From: an uncultured Dehalococcoidaceae bacterium
Lineage (GTDB): Bacteria; Chloroflexota; Dehalococcoidia; Dehalococcoidales; RBG-16-60-22
Direction of reading: 5' to 3'
DNA: 28,639 bases
Assembly: GCA_964461475.1 (NCBI GenBank)
Contig: CAYWUK010000001.1
Span: 1-28,639 of the forward strand
Of this stretch, positions 9,731-17,458 are shown one piece after another (position 1 is the stretch's first letter; the number at the start of each line of letters is the position of its first letter). The position numbers and the translations under genes were made by a program. The notes beneath the pieces were generated by a model. That model made no database searches. It worked only from the letters and a program-made list of their open reading frames with translations, and was not told the origin of the DNA.

Positions 9731-10092
9731 TTTATACCCCCTTGCGGGAAAGATAATACCTATTTTAACACAAATCTATGATGTCTTCCCGAAGCGCCCG
9801 CAGCGAAATGTCCTTTTCTCCTTAGATTAAGGTTAAACCCCTATCAAAATGGGGGTGAGCTTGAATGATTTCCATGCTTAAAATGTATATACTTGCCCTT
9901 AACAGCCTGGAAAATTGTGAATTTCTATGGGCATGACATAAGTACCCCGGTATATATGACTATTTTATTATTTACTGGGGCTTTCAGGCAGTGTAACTTA
10001 AAGTAAGAGCTCAAAATTAGCTGGCTAATTGAAATCATAGCGGAGAAGGAAAAGGCCCTCTGCAGCTATCAGGCCGATAGGGGAAGGCTGAA

Positions 10093-13000
10093 GTGATGCC
10101 GACTGCCCGGGGACGGGTTTTTACCGCATTTATAGCGTTACCACTGGTGCTTATCCTCGCGTGCTCGGTAATGCCTGGTCTGAGCGGCTTGTCATATGCG
10201 GCAAATATCGCCCTGGCCGACCCAGCGCCTGACCTCATCGTTCAGAACATCACCTGGTCTCCGGATAACCCGTCGATAGGGGAAACCGTCAATTTCACCG
10301 TCATTATAAAGAACCAGGGCAGCGGCCAGGCTGATGCTTCAGCTGTTGCCTACTGCATTGACAATGCCTATATTGCTGAGAATGCAGTTAATCCGCTAAG
10401 CCCCGGCGCCACATCTGTGAAAACATTCGCATGGACCGCCACAGCGGGCTCGCACGCCATAAAGGCAGTTGCCGACAGCAATAGCCAGGTTGCAGAAGGC
10501 GACGAGAATAACAATGAGAAAACGCACGTTTTCACCACCCTTGCGCCCGACCTCATCATACAGAGCATCGCCTGGTCTCCGGATAGTCCTTCAAGGGGCG
10601 ATGCCATAACCTTCGCCATCAATGTAAAGAACCAGGGCAACAGCGCGGTCAGCTCTTCGCTTGTTTACTTCTATATTGATGGCAATTCCCGGGGCTACAC
10701 TGATGCTCGAAAAATAAATGCCGGCGCCACAGTCGCTACAACTTTCACCTGGACGGCGAAGGAAGGCTCGCACACCATCAGGGCGGTTGTTGACCAGGAA
10801 AATTATATCGTGGAGAGCAACGAGAGCAATAATGAAAAGACGGTGAATTTCACAACATTGGCACCTGACCTAATCATTCAGAATATAACCTGGTCGCCGG
10901 ATAATCCCTCAAAAAATGATGATGTAACCTTCACCGTAGGCATTAAGAACCAGGGCAGCGGCCGGGCCGACAACTCCCACGTGGGCTACTATATTGATGG
11001 GGAATACCTGTCCTCAGCCTCTGTGGCGGTGCTTGAATCGGGCGCATCGGAAAACTATACCTTCGCCTGGACGGCGAAAGAGGGCTCACACGCCGTCAAA
11101 GCGGTTGCCGATTATAATAACTGGCTTTTTGAGAGCGATGAAACAAACAACGAAAAGGCGGTGAATTTCTCGCCGCTTGCGCCTGACCTGCTCATTCAGA
11201 ACATCACCTGGTCGCCGGAAAGTCCTTCGGCCGGGGATGTAGTGACGTTCTCCGTCACCATAAAGAACCAGGGCAGCGGCAAGGCCGATGAGTCAAAGAT
11301 AGGCCTTTATATTGGCGGCTTTTCCACGATTTATCAGGATGTTGCGGAGATTGATGCCGATGCTGAGCTGATAAAGACCTTCACCTGGACTGCCGAAGCG
11401 GGCTTACATCCTATCAGGGCGGTTGCCGATTCAGACAAGATGGTGGCCGAGAGCGACGAAGGCAACAACGATAAATCGGTTTCCTTCTCCACCCTCAGCC
11501 CTGACCTCGTTGTTCAGGATATCACCTGGTCTCCGCAGAATCCGTTAATAGGGGATGCGGTGGCATACACCGTAACCATAGAGAACCAGGGCAACGGCCA
11601 GGCCGCTAGCTCGCTGTTCGCTTACTATATTGATGATGCTTACCTCGGTGCCGCTTATGTTGACGCTTTAGATGCGGGTGCCTCGGCAAACAGCACCTTC
11701 ACCTGGGCGGCTGAGTCAGGGCTGCATACCATCAAAGCGGTGGCCGACTACAATACCATGGTTGTAGAGGGCGACGAGAGCAACAATGAGGGCACGGTAA
11801 AATTCTCGGCAGCCGCTCCGGACCTGTTCGTTGAGGCGTTAACATGGTCGCCGGCAAGCCCGTCGGCGGGGGACCTGGTAACCTTTACCGTCACCATAAA
11901 AAACAAGGGCAAGGTTGGGGCCGACAACTCACGCGTCGCCTACGATATTGATGGTTCCTCCATAGGCTACCAGGATATCAGGGCAATAGACGCCGCTGAG
12001 GGAGTAACGACGACCTTCACCTGGACTGCCGTGGCAGGGACTCACTCTATTAAGGCAGCCGCCGACGTGACAAATAACGTAACCGAGAGCGATGAGACCA
12101 ACAACATGAAGGCGGTAACCCTGCCTCCACCGGACATCGTGGTACAGGGCATCTCCTGGTCGCCGAAAAATCCGTCGGCAGGGGACGTGGTAAACTTCAC
12201 CGTCAACATAAAAAACCAGGGCAGCAGCCGGGTGGGCCCGTCTCGCATCACCTACTATATTGATGGCTTTTCCATAGGCGACCGCGATGTTCCAGCGATA
12301 GAGGCTGGCGCTGAGGCGAGCGATGGCTTCACCTGGACGGCTGTGGCAGGTTCGCACACCATCAAGGCGGTGGCCGACTTGGCCAATAACATCACCGAGA
12401 GCGTTGAGACCAACAATGAGAACACGGTGGCCATTTCCACCCTCGCCCCCGACCTTATTGTCCATGACATAAGCTGGTCGCTGGAGGGCGCGGAAAAGGA
12501 CAAGGACGTAACTTTCGCCATCGTCATAAAGAACCAGGGAAACGGCCGCTCGGGAGCATGCCGCATTAATTACTATATTGATGATTCAGCCATAGGTTAC
12601 CAGGAGGTTCCTGAGATAAATGCTGGCGCCGAGGTAACCAAGGGCTTCACCCGCACCGTTGCGGTGGGCTCGCACAGCCTGAGGGCGGTGGTCGACTCCA
12701 AGGAAGTGCTTATTGAGAGCGATGAGACTAATAATGAGAAGTTGGTGGATTTTTCCACCATCAGCCCGGACCTTGTCGTATCCAGCATTACATGGTCGCC
12801 GGCAAGCCCGTCGGCGGGGGATTTGGTAACCTTAACCGTCGCCATAAAGAACGAGGGCAGCGGCACGGCTGCCCCGTCCCGTATCACCTACTATATTGAT
12901 GATTCTCCCCTGGGTGGTCAGGATGTTCCAGCCGTAGCTGCGGGCACCGAGGTGAAACAGAGGTTCACCTGGACTGCCGAGGCGGGCTCGCACACCATCA

Positions 13001-13233
13001 AGGCAGTTGTTGATGTGGATGGCTATCTCGCCGAGGTTGATGAAGCCAATAACGAGGGCATGGCATCGCTGCCAGAGATAGAGAAGAAAAATCAGGCGAA
13101 AGGGCTAGTAGTAGTCGATTCGGCGGATAACGGAAATAAGATGGGCTGGTGGTGGTGGATTTCAATAGGTGGAGTAATAGCAGCCATCGCCTTCGCCTTC
13201 ACCATGATAAGGTCATGGCAGAAGTCCGGCTGA
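10093..13233 (+). CDS. Membrane-anchored surface protein with nine tandem CARDB-like (Ig-like) domains
   Basis: N-terminal signal or TM segment; nine ~105-aa units, each starting PD(L/I)xxxxxxWS and most containing KNQG, WTAxxGxHxIxAVxD and ExxExNN; C-terminal TM helix (WWWWISIGGVIAAIAFAFTMI) followed by a short basic tail. Confidence 0.9.
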   Translation: MMPTARGRVFTAFIALPLVLILACSVMPGLSGLSYAANIALADPAPDLIVQNITWSPDNPSIGETVNFTVIIKNQGSGQADASAVAYCIDNAYIAENAVNPLSPGATSVKTFAWTATAGSHAIKAVADSNSQVAEGDENNNEKTHVFTTLAPDLIIQSIAWSPDSPSRGDAITFAINVKNQGNSAVSSSLVYFYIDGNSRGYTDARKINAGATVATTFTWTAKEGSHTIRAVVDQENYIVESNESNNEKTVNFTTLAPDLIIQNITWSPDNPSKNDDVTFTVGIKNQGSGRADNSHVGYYIDGEYLSSASVAVLESGASENYTFAWTAKEGSHAVKAVADYNNWLFESDETNNEKAVNFSPLAPDLLIQNITWSPESPSAGDVVTFSVTIKNQGSGKADESKIGLYIGGFSTIYQDVAEIDADAELIKTFTWTAEAGLHPIRAVADSDKMVAESDEGNNDKSVSFSTLSPDLVVQDITWSPQNPLIGDAVAYTVTIENQGNGQAASSLFAYYIDDAYLGAAYVDALDAGASANSTFTWAAESGLHTIKAVADYNTMVVEGDESNNEGTVKFSAAAPDLFVEALTWSPASPSAGDLVTFTVTIKNKGKVGADNSRVAYDIDGSSIGYQDIRAIDAAEGVTTTFTWTAVAGTHSIKAAADVTNNVTESDETNNMKAVTLPPPDIVVQGISWSPKNPSAGDVVNFTVNIKNQGSSRVGPSRITYYIDGFSIGDRDVPAIEAGAEASDGFTWTAVAGSHTIKAVADLANNITESVETNNENTVAISTLAPDLIVHDISWSLEGAEKDKDVTFAIVIKNQGNGRSGACRINYYIDDSAIGYQEVPEINAGAEVTKGFTRTVAVGSHSLRAVVDSKEVLIESDETNNEKLVDFSTISPDLVVSSITWSPASPSAGDLVTLTVAIKNEGSGTAAPSRITYYIDDSPLGGQDVPAVAAGTEVKQRFTWTAEAGSHTIKAVVDVDGYLAEVDEANNEGMASLPEIEKKNQAKGLVVVDSADNGNKMGWWWWISIGGVIAAIAFAFTMIRSWQKSG

Positions 13234-13291
13234 CAGGCGCGGTCTTAAATGGCCCCTTGCGTGCTTGCCTCATTGAAAATAATGGGCCTAT

Positions 13292-13320
13292 TTTACAAAG
13301 ATGTAGTTTTGATATATAAT
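13292..13320 (+). promoter_or_regulatory. sigma70-type promoter of the zinc-ribbon/rpsU/RRM cluster
   Basis: TTTACA-N17-TATAAT, about 108 nt upstream of the ATG at 13429. Confidence 0.75.
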
Positions 13321-13378
13321 ATCTGTTAGTTCCAGTTTAGGTTATACAAGCTTTAAAATCGCTCAAAATCCAGCCAAG

Positions 13379-13431
13379 CATTGGATGACCGAACTCTAAC
13401 TAAAATTTATAAGAGAGGAGGTCATCCAATG
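13379..13431 (+). promoter_or_regulatory. 5'-UTR stem-loop that pairs with part of the SD and the start codon
   Basis: CATTGGATGACC (13379-13390) is the exact reverse complement of GGTCATCCAATG (13420-13431), which contains the end of GGAGGT and the ATG. Confidence 0.7.
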
Positions 13432-13725
13432 AGTTTTCAGGACAAGTCTCTCCAGTGTTCCGATTGTGGGGCAACCTTCACCTTCAGCGCTGAAGAACAG
13501 GAGTTTTTCCAGACTAAAGGCTACACTAATGAGCCCAAACGCTGTCCCTCGTGCCGTCAGGCAAGGAAGGCGGAGCGTTATTCGGGCGGCTACGGAGCCA
13601 GACGCCAGATGTACCCTGCGGTTTGTGCCGAATGTGGCAAGGATACTGAAGTACCCTTTGAACCTCGCGGTGATAAGCCGGTTTACTGCAGCGATTGCTA
13701 CCGCAAAGTCAGACCGAGCAGGTAA
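13429..13725 (+). CDS. Small double zinc-ribbon protein (zinc-ribbon plus CxxC-x17-CxxC domain), 98 aa
   Basis: CSDC...FTF...EQEFF...GY.NEPKRCPSC followed by CAECG-x17-CSDCY. SD GGAGGT precedes the ATG at 13429, so the TTG start at 13381 in the ORF track is unlikely. Confidence 0.9.
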   Translation: MSFQDKSLQCSDCGATFTFSAEEQEFFQTKGYTNEPKRCPSCRQARKAERYSGGYGARRQMYPAVCAECGKDTEVPFEPRGDKPVYCSDCYRKVRPSR

Positions 13726-13743
13726 TACCATAGTTTAAAGTCA

Positions 13744-13783
13744 GGACATACATGGGCTGAAGATAGTCGGCCCGTGTATGTCC
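13744..13783 (+). other. Intergenic 17-bp RNA hairpin between the zinc-ribbon gene and rpsU
   Basis: GGACATACATGGGCTGA-agatag-TCGGCCCGTGTATGTCC; the only two non-Watson-Crick pairs are G-U wobbles on the + strand; no U-tract follows. Confidence 0.7.
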
Positions 13784-13803
13784 CTAGAATGTGTTGGTGT
13801 ATT

Positions 13804-13989
13804 ATGTCGTTGAAAGTATCAATACGCGAAGGTGAATCTCAGGATTCCCTGTTACGTCGTTTCCAGAGGATGGTGCAGACGAGCGGAATCCTGCGCGAGG
13901 TAAAGGCGAGTCGTCATTTTGTCTCTAAGGGAGAAGCGGCGCGTTTAAAGGCGCAAAAGAACGCCAGGCGAAGGCGCGGCCTTGGCTGA
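13804..13989 (+). CDS. rpsU: 30S ribosomal protein S21 (bS21)
   Basis: KVSIREGESQDSLLRRFQRMVQTSGILREVKASRHFVSKGE...RRRR fits the bS21 pattern; likely start is the ATG at 13804 (61 aa). Confidence 0.88.
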   Translation: MSLKVSIREGESQDSLLRRFQRMVQTSGILREVKASRHFVSKGEAARLKAQKNARRRRGLG

Positions 13990-14090
13990 ACCGGCAGGCC
14001 GTGCTTGACCAGTCTTGTGGCCGGGCTCAATAAAGGCATTTGAGGTGTGGTGTTGGGTGGGGTTATTAAATTGGCCGGAGGGGCAATTAT

Positions 14091-14381
14091 ATGAAAATCT
14101 ATGCGGGCAACTTATCCTTTGATGTAAATGAAGAAGAACTGAGAAAAGAATTTGAAGCTTTCGGGGAAGTGGCCTCTGTCGACGTTATAATGGACAAATA
14201 TAGCGGACGGTCCAGGGGATTCGCGTTTGTTGAAATGCCATCAGTCTCAGAAGGTCAGGCAGCAATTGCCGGCCTCAACGGGAAGATGCTGAAGGACAGG
14301 GCGCTGAATGTTAATGCGGCCCGGCCTCGCCCCGAGGGCGGGGGTGGTAGCTTTGGCGGGGGAAGGCAGAGAAGATACTAG
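14091..14381 (+). CDS. Single-RRM RNA-binding protein with a glycine-rich tail
   Basis: RNP2 IYAGNL, RNP1 RGFAFVEM, LNVNAARPR and a GGGGSFGGGR tail; SD GGAGG. Confidence 0.95.
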   Translation: MKIYAGNLSFDVNEEELRKEFEAFGEVASVDVIMDKYSGRSRGFAFVEMPSVSEGQAAIAGLNGKMLKDRALNVNAARPRPEGGGGSFGGGRQRRY

Positions 14382-14442
14382 GCTGCCCCGTTAGTTTTTC
14401 TCCTGAGATGCCGTAGTTAAGGGGGCCGGCTATCCGTCTGGC

Positions 14443-14619
14443 TCATTGATTGTGGGTGGGCCTGTATATCATCCTGGCAATAATAATGCCCGCTATTATC
14501 TCAAATACGGCTGCTGTCATGGTAAAGCCTGCGCTAATACCACTGGCTAACATCCCACCGATGGTGCAGACAGCCAGCCCGTAGAATAACAGCATCAGCA
14601 ATGCCGCAAGCCACATCAT
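14443..14619 (-). CDS. Small two-TM hypothetical membrane protein (about 58 aa)
   Basis: MMWLAALLMLLFYGLAVCTIGG...FEIIAGIIIARMIYRP; SD AAGGAG lies upstream of the ATG at 14619. Confidence 0.6.
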   Translation of the reverse strand: MMWLAALLMLLFYGLAVCTIGGMLASGISAGFTMTAAVFEIIAGIIIARMIYRPTHNQ

Positions 14620-14768
14620 CTTCACTCCTTTTCGTGGCAGAATATCCATGTTATGCTAACCACTATCATTCCTGTGGTGCCAGGGTGTATGCCCTGATTT
14701 TTGCTGGGGATTTTCCTCAATATCGGTGGCAATGCTGTCTCATTTCTCTTGCCGTGGGGCTGAGTGGG

Positions 14769-14797
14769 TTAACAGACATGGCCAATTGTGTTATAAT
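14769..14797 (+). promoter_or_regulatory. sigma70-type promoter with an extended -10
   Basis: TTAACA-N17-TATAAT with TG-n before the -10; the ATG lies 20 nt downstream. Confidence 0.7.
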
Positions 14798-14817
14798 CTC
14801 TGTTTAAGAGGTACAAG

Positions 14818-15696
14818 ATGCCGAGATGTCCTAATTGTGGCCGGGAAACAGAGAGAACCGAGGACTGGGCCTGCCGTTACTGCGGCTATCCGCTGTTGTC
14901 CAGGGCCTATAGGAAGATAGCAAAGACGTATAAAGAAATCCTGATGGAGAAACAGCCCCAGCTGCCACCTCTGGAGGAAATACCTGAGGAGCCTGAATAT
15001 ATTCAAGAGCCGCTTGAGGAGCCCGCGGCAGAGCCTAAGCCTGAACTGGAGGAGGAGCTGGCTCCAGAAGCGGAATCGGAAACGGAAGCAGTTCAGTCCG
15101 AGCCGGAGCAAGCGCCGGCTGAGGCGTCGCCTCTAGAGACCGAGTTGCCATCACCTCCTGAGCCTGAGCCGGTCAAAGTCCAGACAAAAGGCAAGAGGGC
15201 GCCCAGGCGGAAGCCCAGGGCAAAACGGGAGCCATCGGTAGAACGGAAGCTAGAGGTAGAAGAAAGTCCCGCAGTAGAAGAAAGCCCGGAAATAGAACCA
15301 GAGCCAGCGGCAGAGCAAAGTCCGGAGGTAGAACAAAGGCCGGAAGTAGAGCAAGTGCCAGCGGTAAAACCGAGGCGGGCGGGCATGGTAACCATTGGAG
15401 AACTTAATGAAGCTTTTGATGCGGATGCCTCGGCGGCGGATGCCAGGTTCAGCGACAGAGTTATAGATGTAACGGGGACGGTGCAGAAAGTGGTGGTAAA
15501 GGATTACCTTGACCTGCAATACATAATCCTGGGCAGCGCCGCAGCGCCGCTGAACTGGAATGTGCGCTGCACGTTCAGCAAGGAACGCGGCCCCGAGCTG
15601 CTAAAGCTCAGAGAAGGGCAAAGCGTGGACGTCCAGGGGCGATATACTGGCTATGCCAGGAACATTATCCTCAAGGACTGCGTGTTAGTGGATTAA
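14818..15696 (+). CDS. Hypothetical protein: N-terminal Zn ribbon, Glu/Pro-rich linker, C-terminal OB-fold (tRNA_anti-like)
   Basis: CPNCG...CRYCG; about 150 aa of low-complexity E/P/A sequence; the C-terminus ELNEAFDADASAADARFSDRVIDVTGTV...L.EGQSVDVQG.Y.G resembles the tRNA_anti-like OB-fold. Confidence 0.8.
   Translation: MPRCPNCGRETERTEDWACRYCGYPLLSRAYRKIAKTYKEILMEKQPQLPPLEEIPEEPEYIQEPLEEPAAEPKPELEEELAPEAESETEAVQSEPEQAPAEASPLETELPSPPEPEPVKVQTKGKRAPRRKPRAKREPSVERKLEVEESPAVEESPEIEPEPAAEQSPEVEQRPEVEQVPAVKPRRAGMVTIGELNEAFDADASAADARFSDRVIDVTGTVQKVVVKDYLDLQYIILGSAAAPLNWNVRCTFSKERGPELLKLREGQSVDVQGRYTGYARNIILKDCVLVD
15253..15360 (+). repeat. Six imperfect in-frame 18-bp tandem repeats (hexapeptides EVEESP/AVEESP/EIEPEP/AAEQSP/EVEQRP/EVEQVP)
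   Basis: Units: gaggtagaagaaagtccc, gcagtagaagaaagcccg, gaaatagaaccagagcca, gcggcagagcaaagtccg, gaggtagaacaaaggccg, gaagtagagcaagtgcca. Confidence 0.7.
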
Positions 15697-15808
15697 CCTG
15701 TCCTCTTCAGGCCCATTCATCTATCCGACAGCGTGGTATTGACCTGTTTTCATCCTCAGCGGCTTAGCCATGCCATCTTTTGCTGGCCGGCGGCATTCAG
15801 CATTGTCG

Positions 15809-17413
15809 TCACTGGTGTTTGCGGCGCAGCGGAATCTCTTTGATGAAAAGGTGGATTACAAGGGCCAGGGCCACCATTATAAGGGCAATTAGAAACACGG
15901 CTGACAGCGCCGAATCGAGGGATTGTCTTAATGTGTTTAATATCTGGTTGAAAAATTCCGCGCCCTGTGGCCCAAGTTGCGCCGTCAGGTCCCTGAGCGG
16001 ACTCTGTCCCTCCGCCGTGACGAGCGCCTGTGGGTTGCGAATCAGGTCAGATAGCCTGTCTTCCGGTATAGCTTGCTTGACGGCGCTGGGGAGATTGGCC
16101 ATGAAGGCGTCGGCGAAGCGATTGTTCATGACCGAGCCGAATATGGCAAGCCCCACCGAGCCTCCCAGCGAGCGGAAGAAGGGCACTGAAGCAGTGGCCA
16201 CCCCCATGATTTTATAGGGGACGGCGTTCTGGACGGTAATGGTATAAAGCGGCATGGTAACGCCAAGTCCGAAGCCGGTCAGGACGATGTTAAGCACAGC
16301 CCTCGGGTAGCTGGTCTGGGCAGTCATCATCGACAGCGATGCCAGGCCCACCGCCATAACGGCTATGCCGATGGCCCCCTGCATCTTGTAATGGCCTCCG
16401 GCCCGCGAGAGAAACTGCCCCGAGGTGAAGCTGCCCCCCACCATGCCCAGCATCATCGGGGTCAAGAAGTTGCCGCTGGCGGTGGCGGATAGCCCCATGA
16501 CGCCCTGAAAGAAGAGCGGCACGAATATGATGGCACCGAACATGCCAAATGCGGTGAAGAATATCGCCAGTTCCGATACGGCGACAATGCGGTTGTTAAA
16601 TAGCGAAAGCGGTATAATCGGCTCCTTGCTTCTTTTCTCTATTATTATGAACAGGACTGTCATCACCGCCGATGTGGCGAACATGCCGATTATGCTGGCG
16701 GAAAGCCAGGGGAATTCTATGCCCCCCCAGGATAGGGCAAGCAGCGCCGGGACAACCGCCAGTATCAGGGTTGATATGCCCAGGTAATCAATTTGATGTC
16801 TGACGTTGTCAGGCCTGACATGGGGGAAGAAAAATATGAAGAGCGCGATTGTGGCGATGCCAAGAGGTATATTGATGAAAAAGACCCAGTGCCAGGACAG
16901 GGCGTCGGTGAGGTATCCCCCGAGCGTGGGCCCGATGATGGAGGAGACGCCGAATACTGAGCTTATCAGGCCCTGATATTTGCCTCGCTCGGATGGAGGG
17001 AATATGTCGCCGATGACGGTGAAGGCATTGGCCATCATGATGCCGGCGCCTATGCCCTGAAAGCCGCGAAAGATTATAATCTGCGTCATGGTGTTGCTCA
17101 GGCCACACAGCAGGGAGAAAGCCGTGAAAATTATCAGCCCGGCTATGTAGAAGTACTTGCGCCCGTACATATCGGTCAGTTTGCCTGTTATGGGCAGGGT
17201 GATGGCGGAGGTAATGATATAGGCGGTGGTAACCCAGGTGTAATGGGTAAAGCCGCCCAGGTCGCCTATAATCCTGGGCATGGCGGTGCCAACTACGGTC
17301 TGGTCAAGAGAGCTGAGGAACATGGCAAGCATCACCCCTGCCATGGTGATGAATACCTGCCGTCTGGGCAGCGCCCTTAAGCTTCTGACTTTGGAATCCG
17401 CTTCAATATTCAC
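15809..17413 (-). CDS. DHA2 (EmrB/QacA-type, 14-TM) MFS drug/metabolite exporter
   Basis: LDQTVVGTAMP, GKLTDMYGRK (motif A), RGFQGIGAG, ERGKYQG, GPTLGG, WHWVFFINIP, EPIIPLSLF. Confidence 0.93.
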   Translation of the reverse strand: MNIEADSKVRSLRALPRRQVFITMAGVMLAMFLSSLDQTVVGTAMPRIIGDLGGFTHYTWVTTAYIITSAITLPITGKLTDMYGRKYFYIAGLIIFTAFSLLCGLSNTMTQIIIFRGFQGIGAGIMMANAFTVIGDIFPPSERGKYQGLISSVFGVSSIIGPTLGGYLTDALSWHWVFFINIPLGIATIALFIFFFPHVRPDNVRHQIDYLGISTLILAVVPALLALSWGGIEFPWLSASIIGMFATSAVMTVLFIIIEKRSKEPIIPLSLFNNRIVAVSELAIFFTAFGMFGAIIFVPLFFQGVMGLSATASGNFLTPMMLGMVGGSFTSGQFLSRAGGHYKMQGAIGIAVMAVGLASLSMMTAQTSYPRAVLNIVLTGFGLGVTMPLYTITVQNAVPYKIMGVATASVPFFRSLGGSVGLAIFGSVMNNRFADAFMANLPSAVKQAIPEDRLSDLIRNPQALVTAEGQSPLRDLTAQLGPQGAEFFNQILNTLRQSLDSALSAVFLIALIMVALALVIHLFIKEIPLRRKHQ

Positions 17414-17458
17414 TGGTTAATATCTATGCCTTTGTTTAGCAAGGTATGTCCGGCATTG

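Noticed and set aside
9996-10004. ACTT-W-AAGT palindrome shared with 1657-1665 as a common operator
   Set aside because: Only 9 bp in AT-rich DNA with two instances; indistinguishable from chance without genome-wide data.
10093-13233. Regularly spaced repeats as a CRISPR array or DGR template
   Set aside because: The period is about 315 nt, the repeats are in frame and protein coding, mismatches are not adenine-specific, and no cas or reverse transcriptase gene is present.
13381-13428. TTG-started N-terminal extension of the zinc-ribbon protein
   Set aside because: The SD GGAGGT sits right before the ATG at 13429, and the extension coincides with the UTR hairpin.
13429-15696. CxxC pairs in the zinc-ribbon proteins as heme-binding sites
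   Set aside because: None is followed by His and the proteins lack export signals; these are zinc-ribbon motifs.
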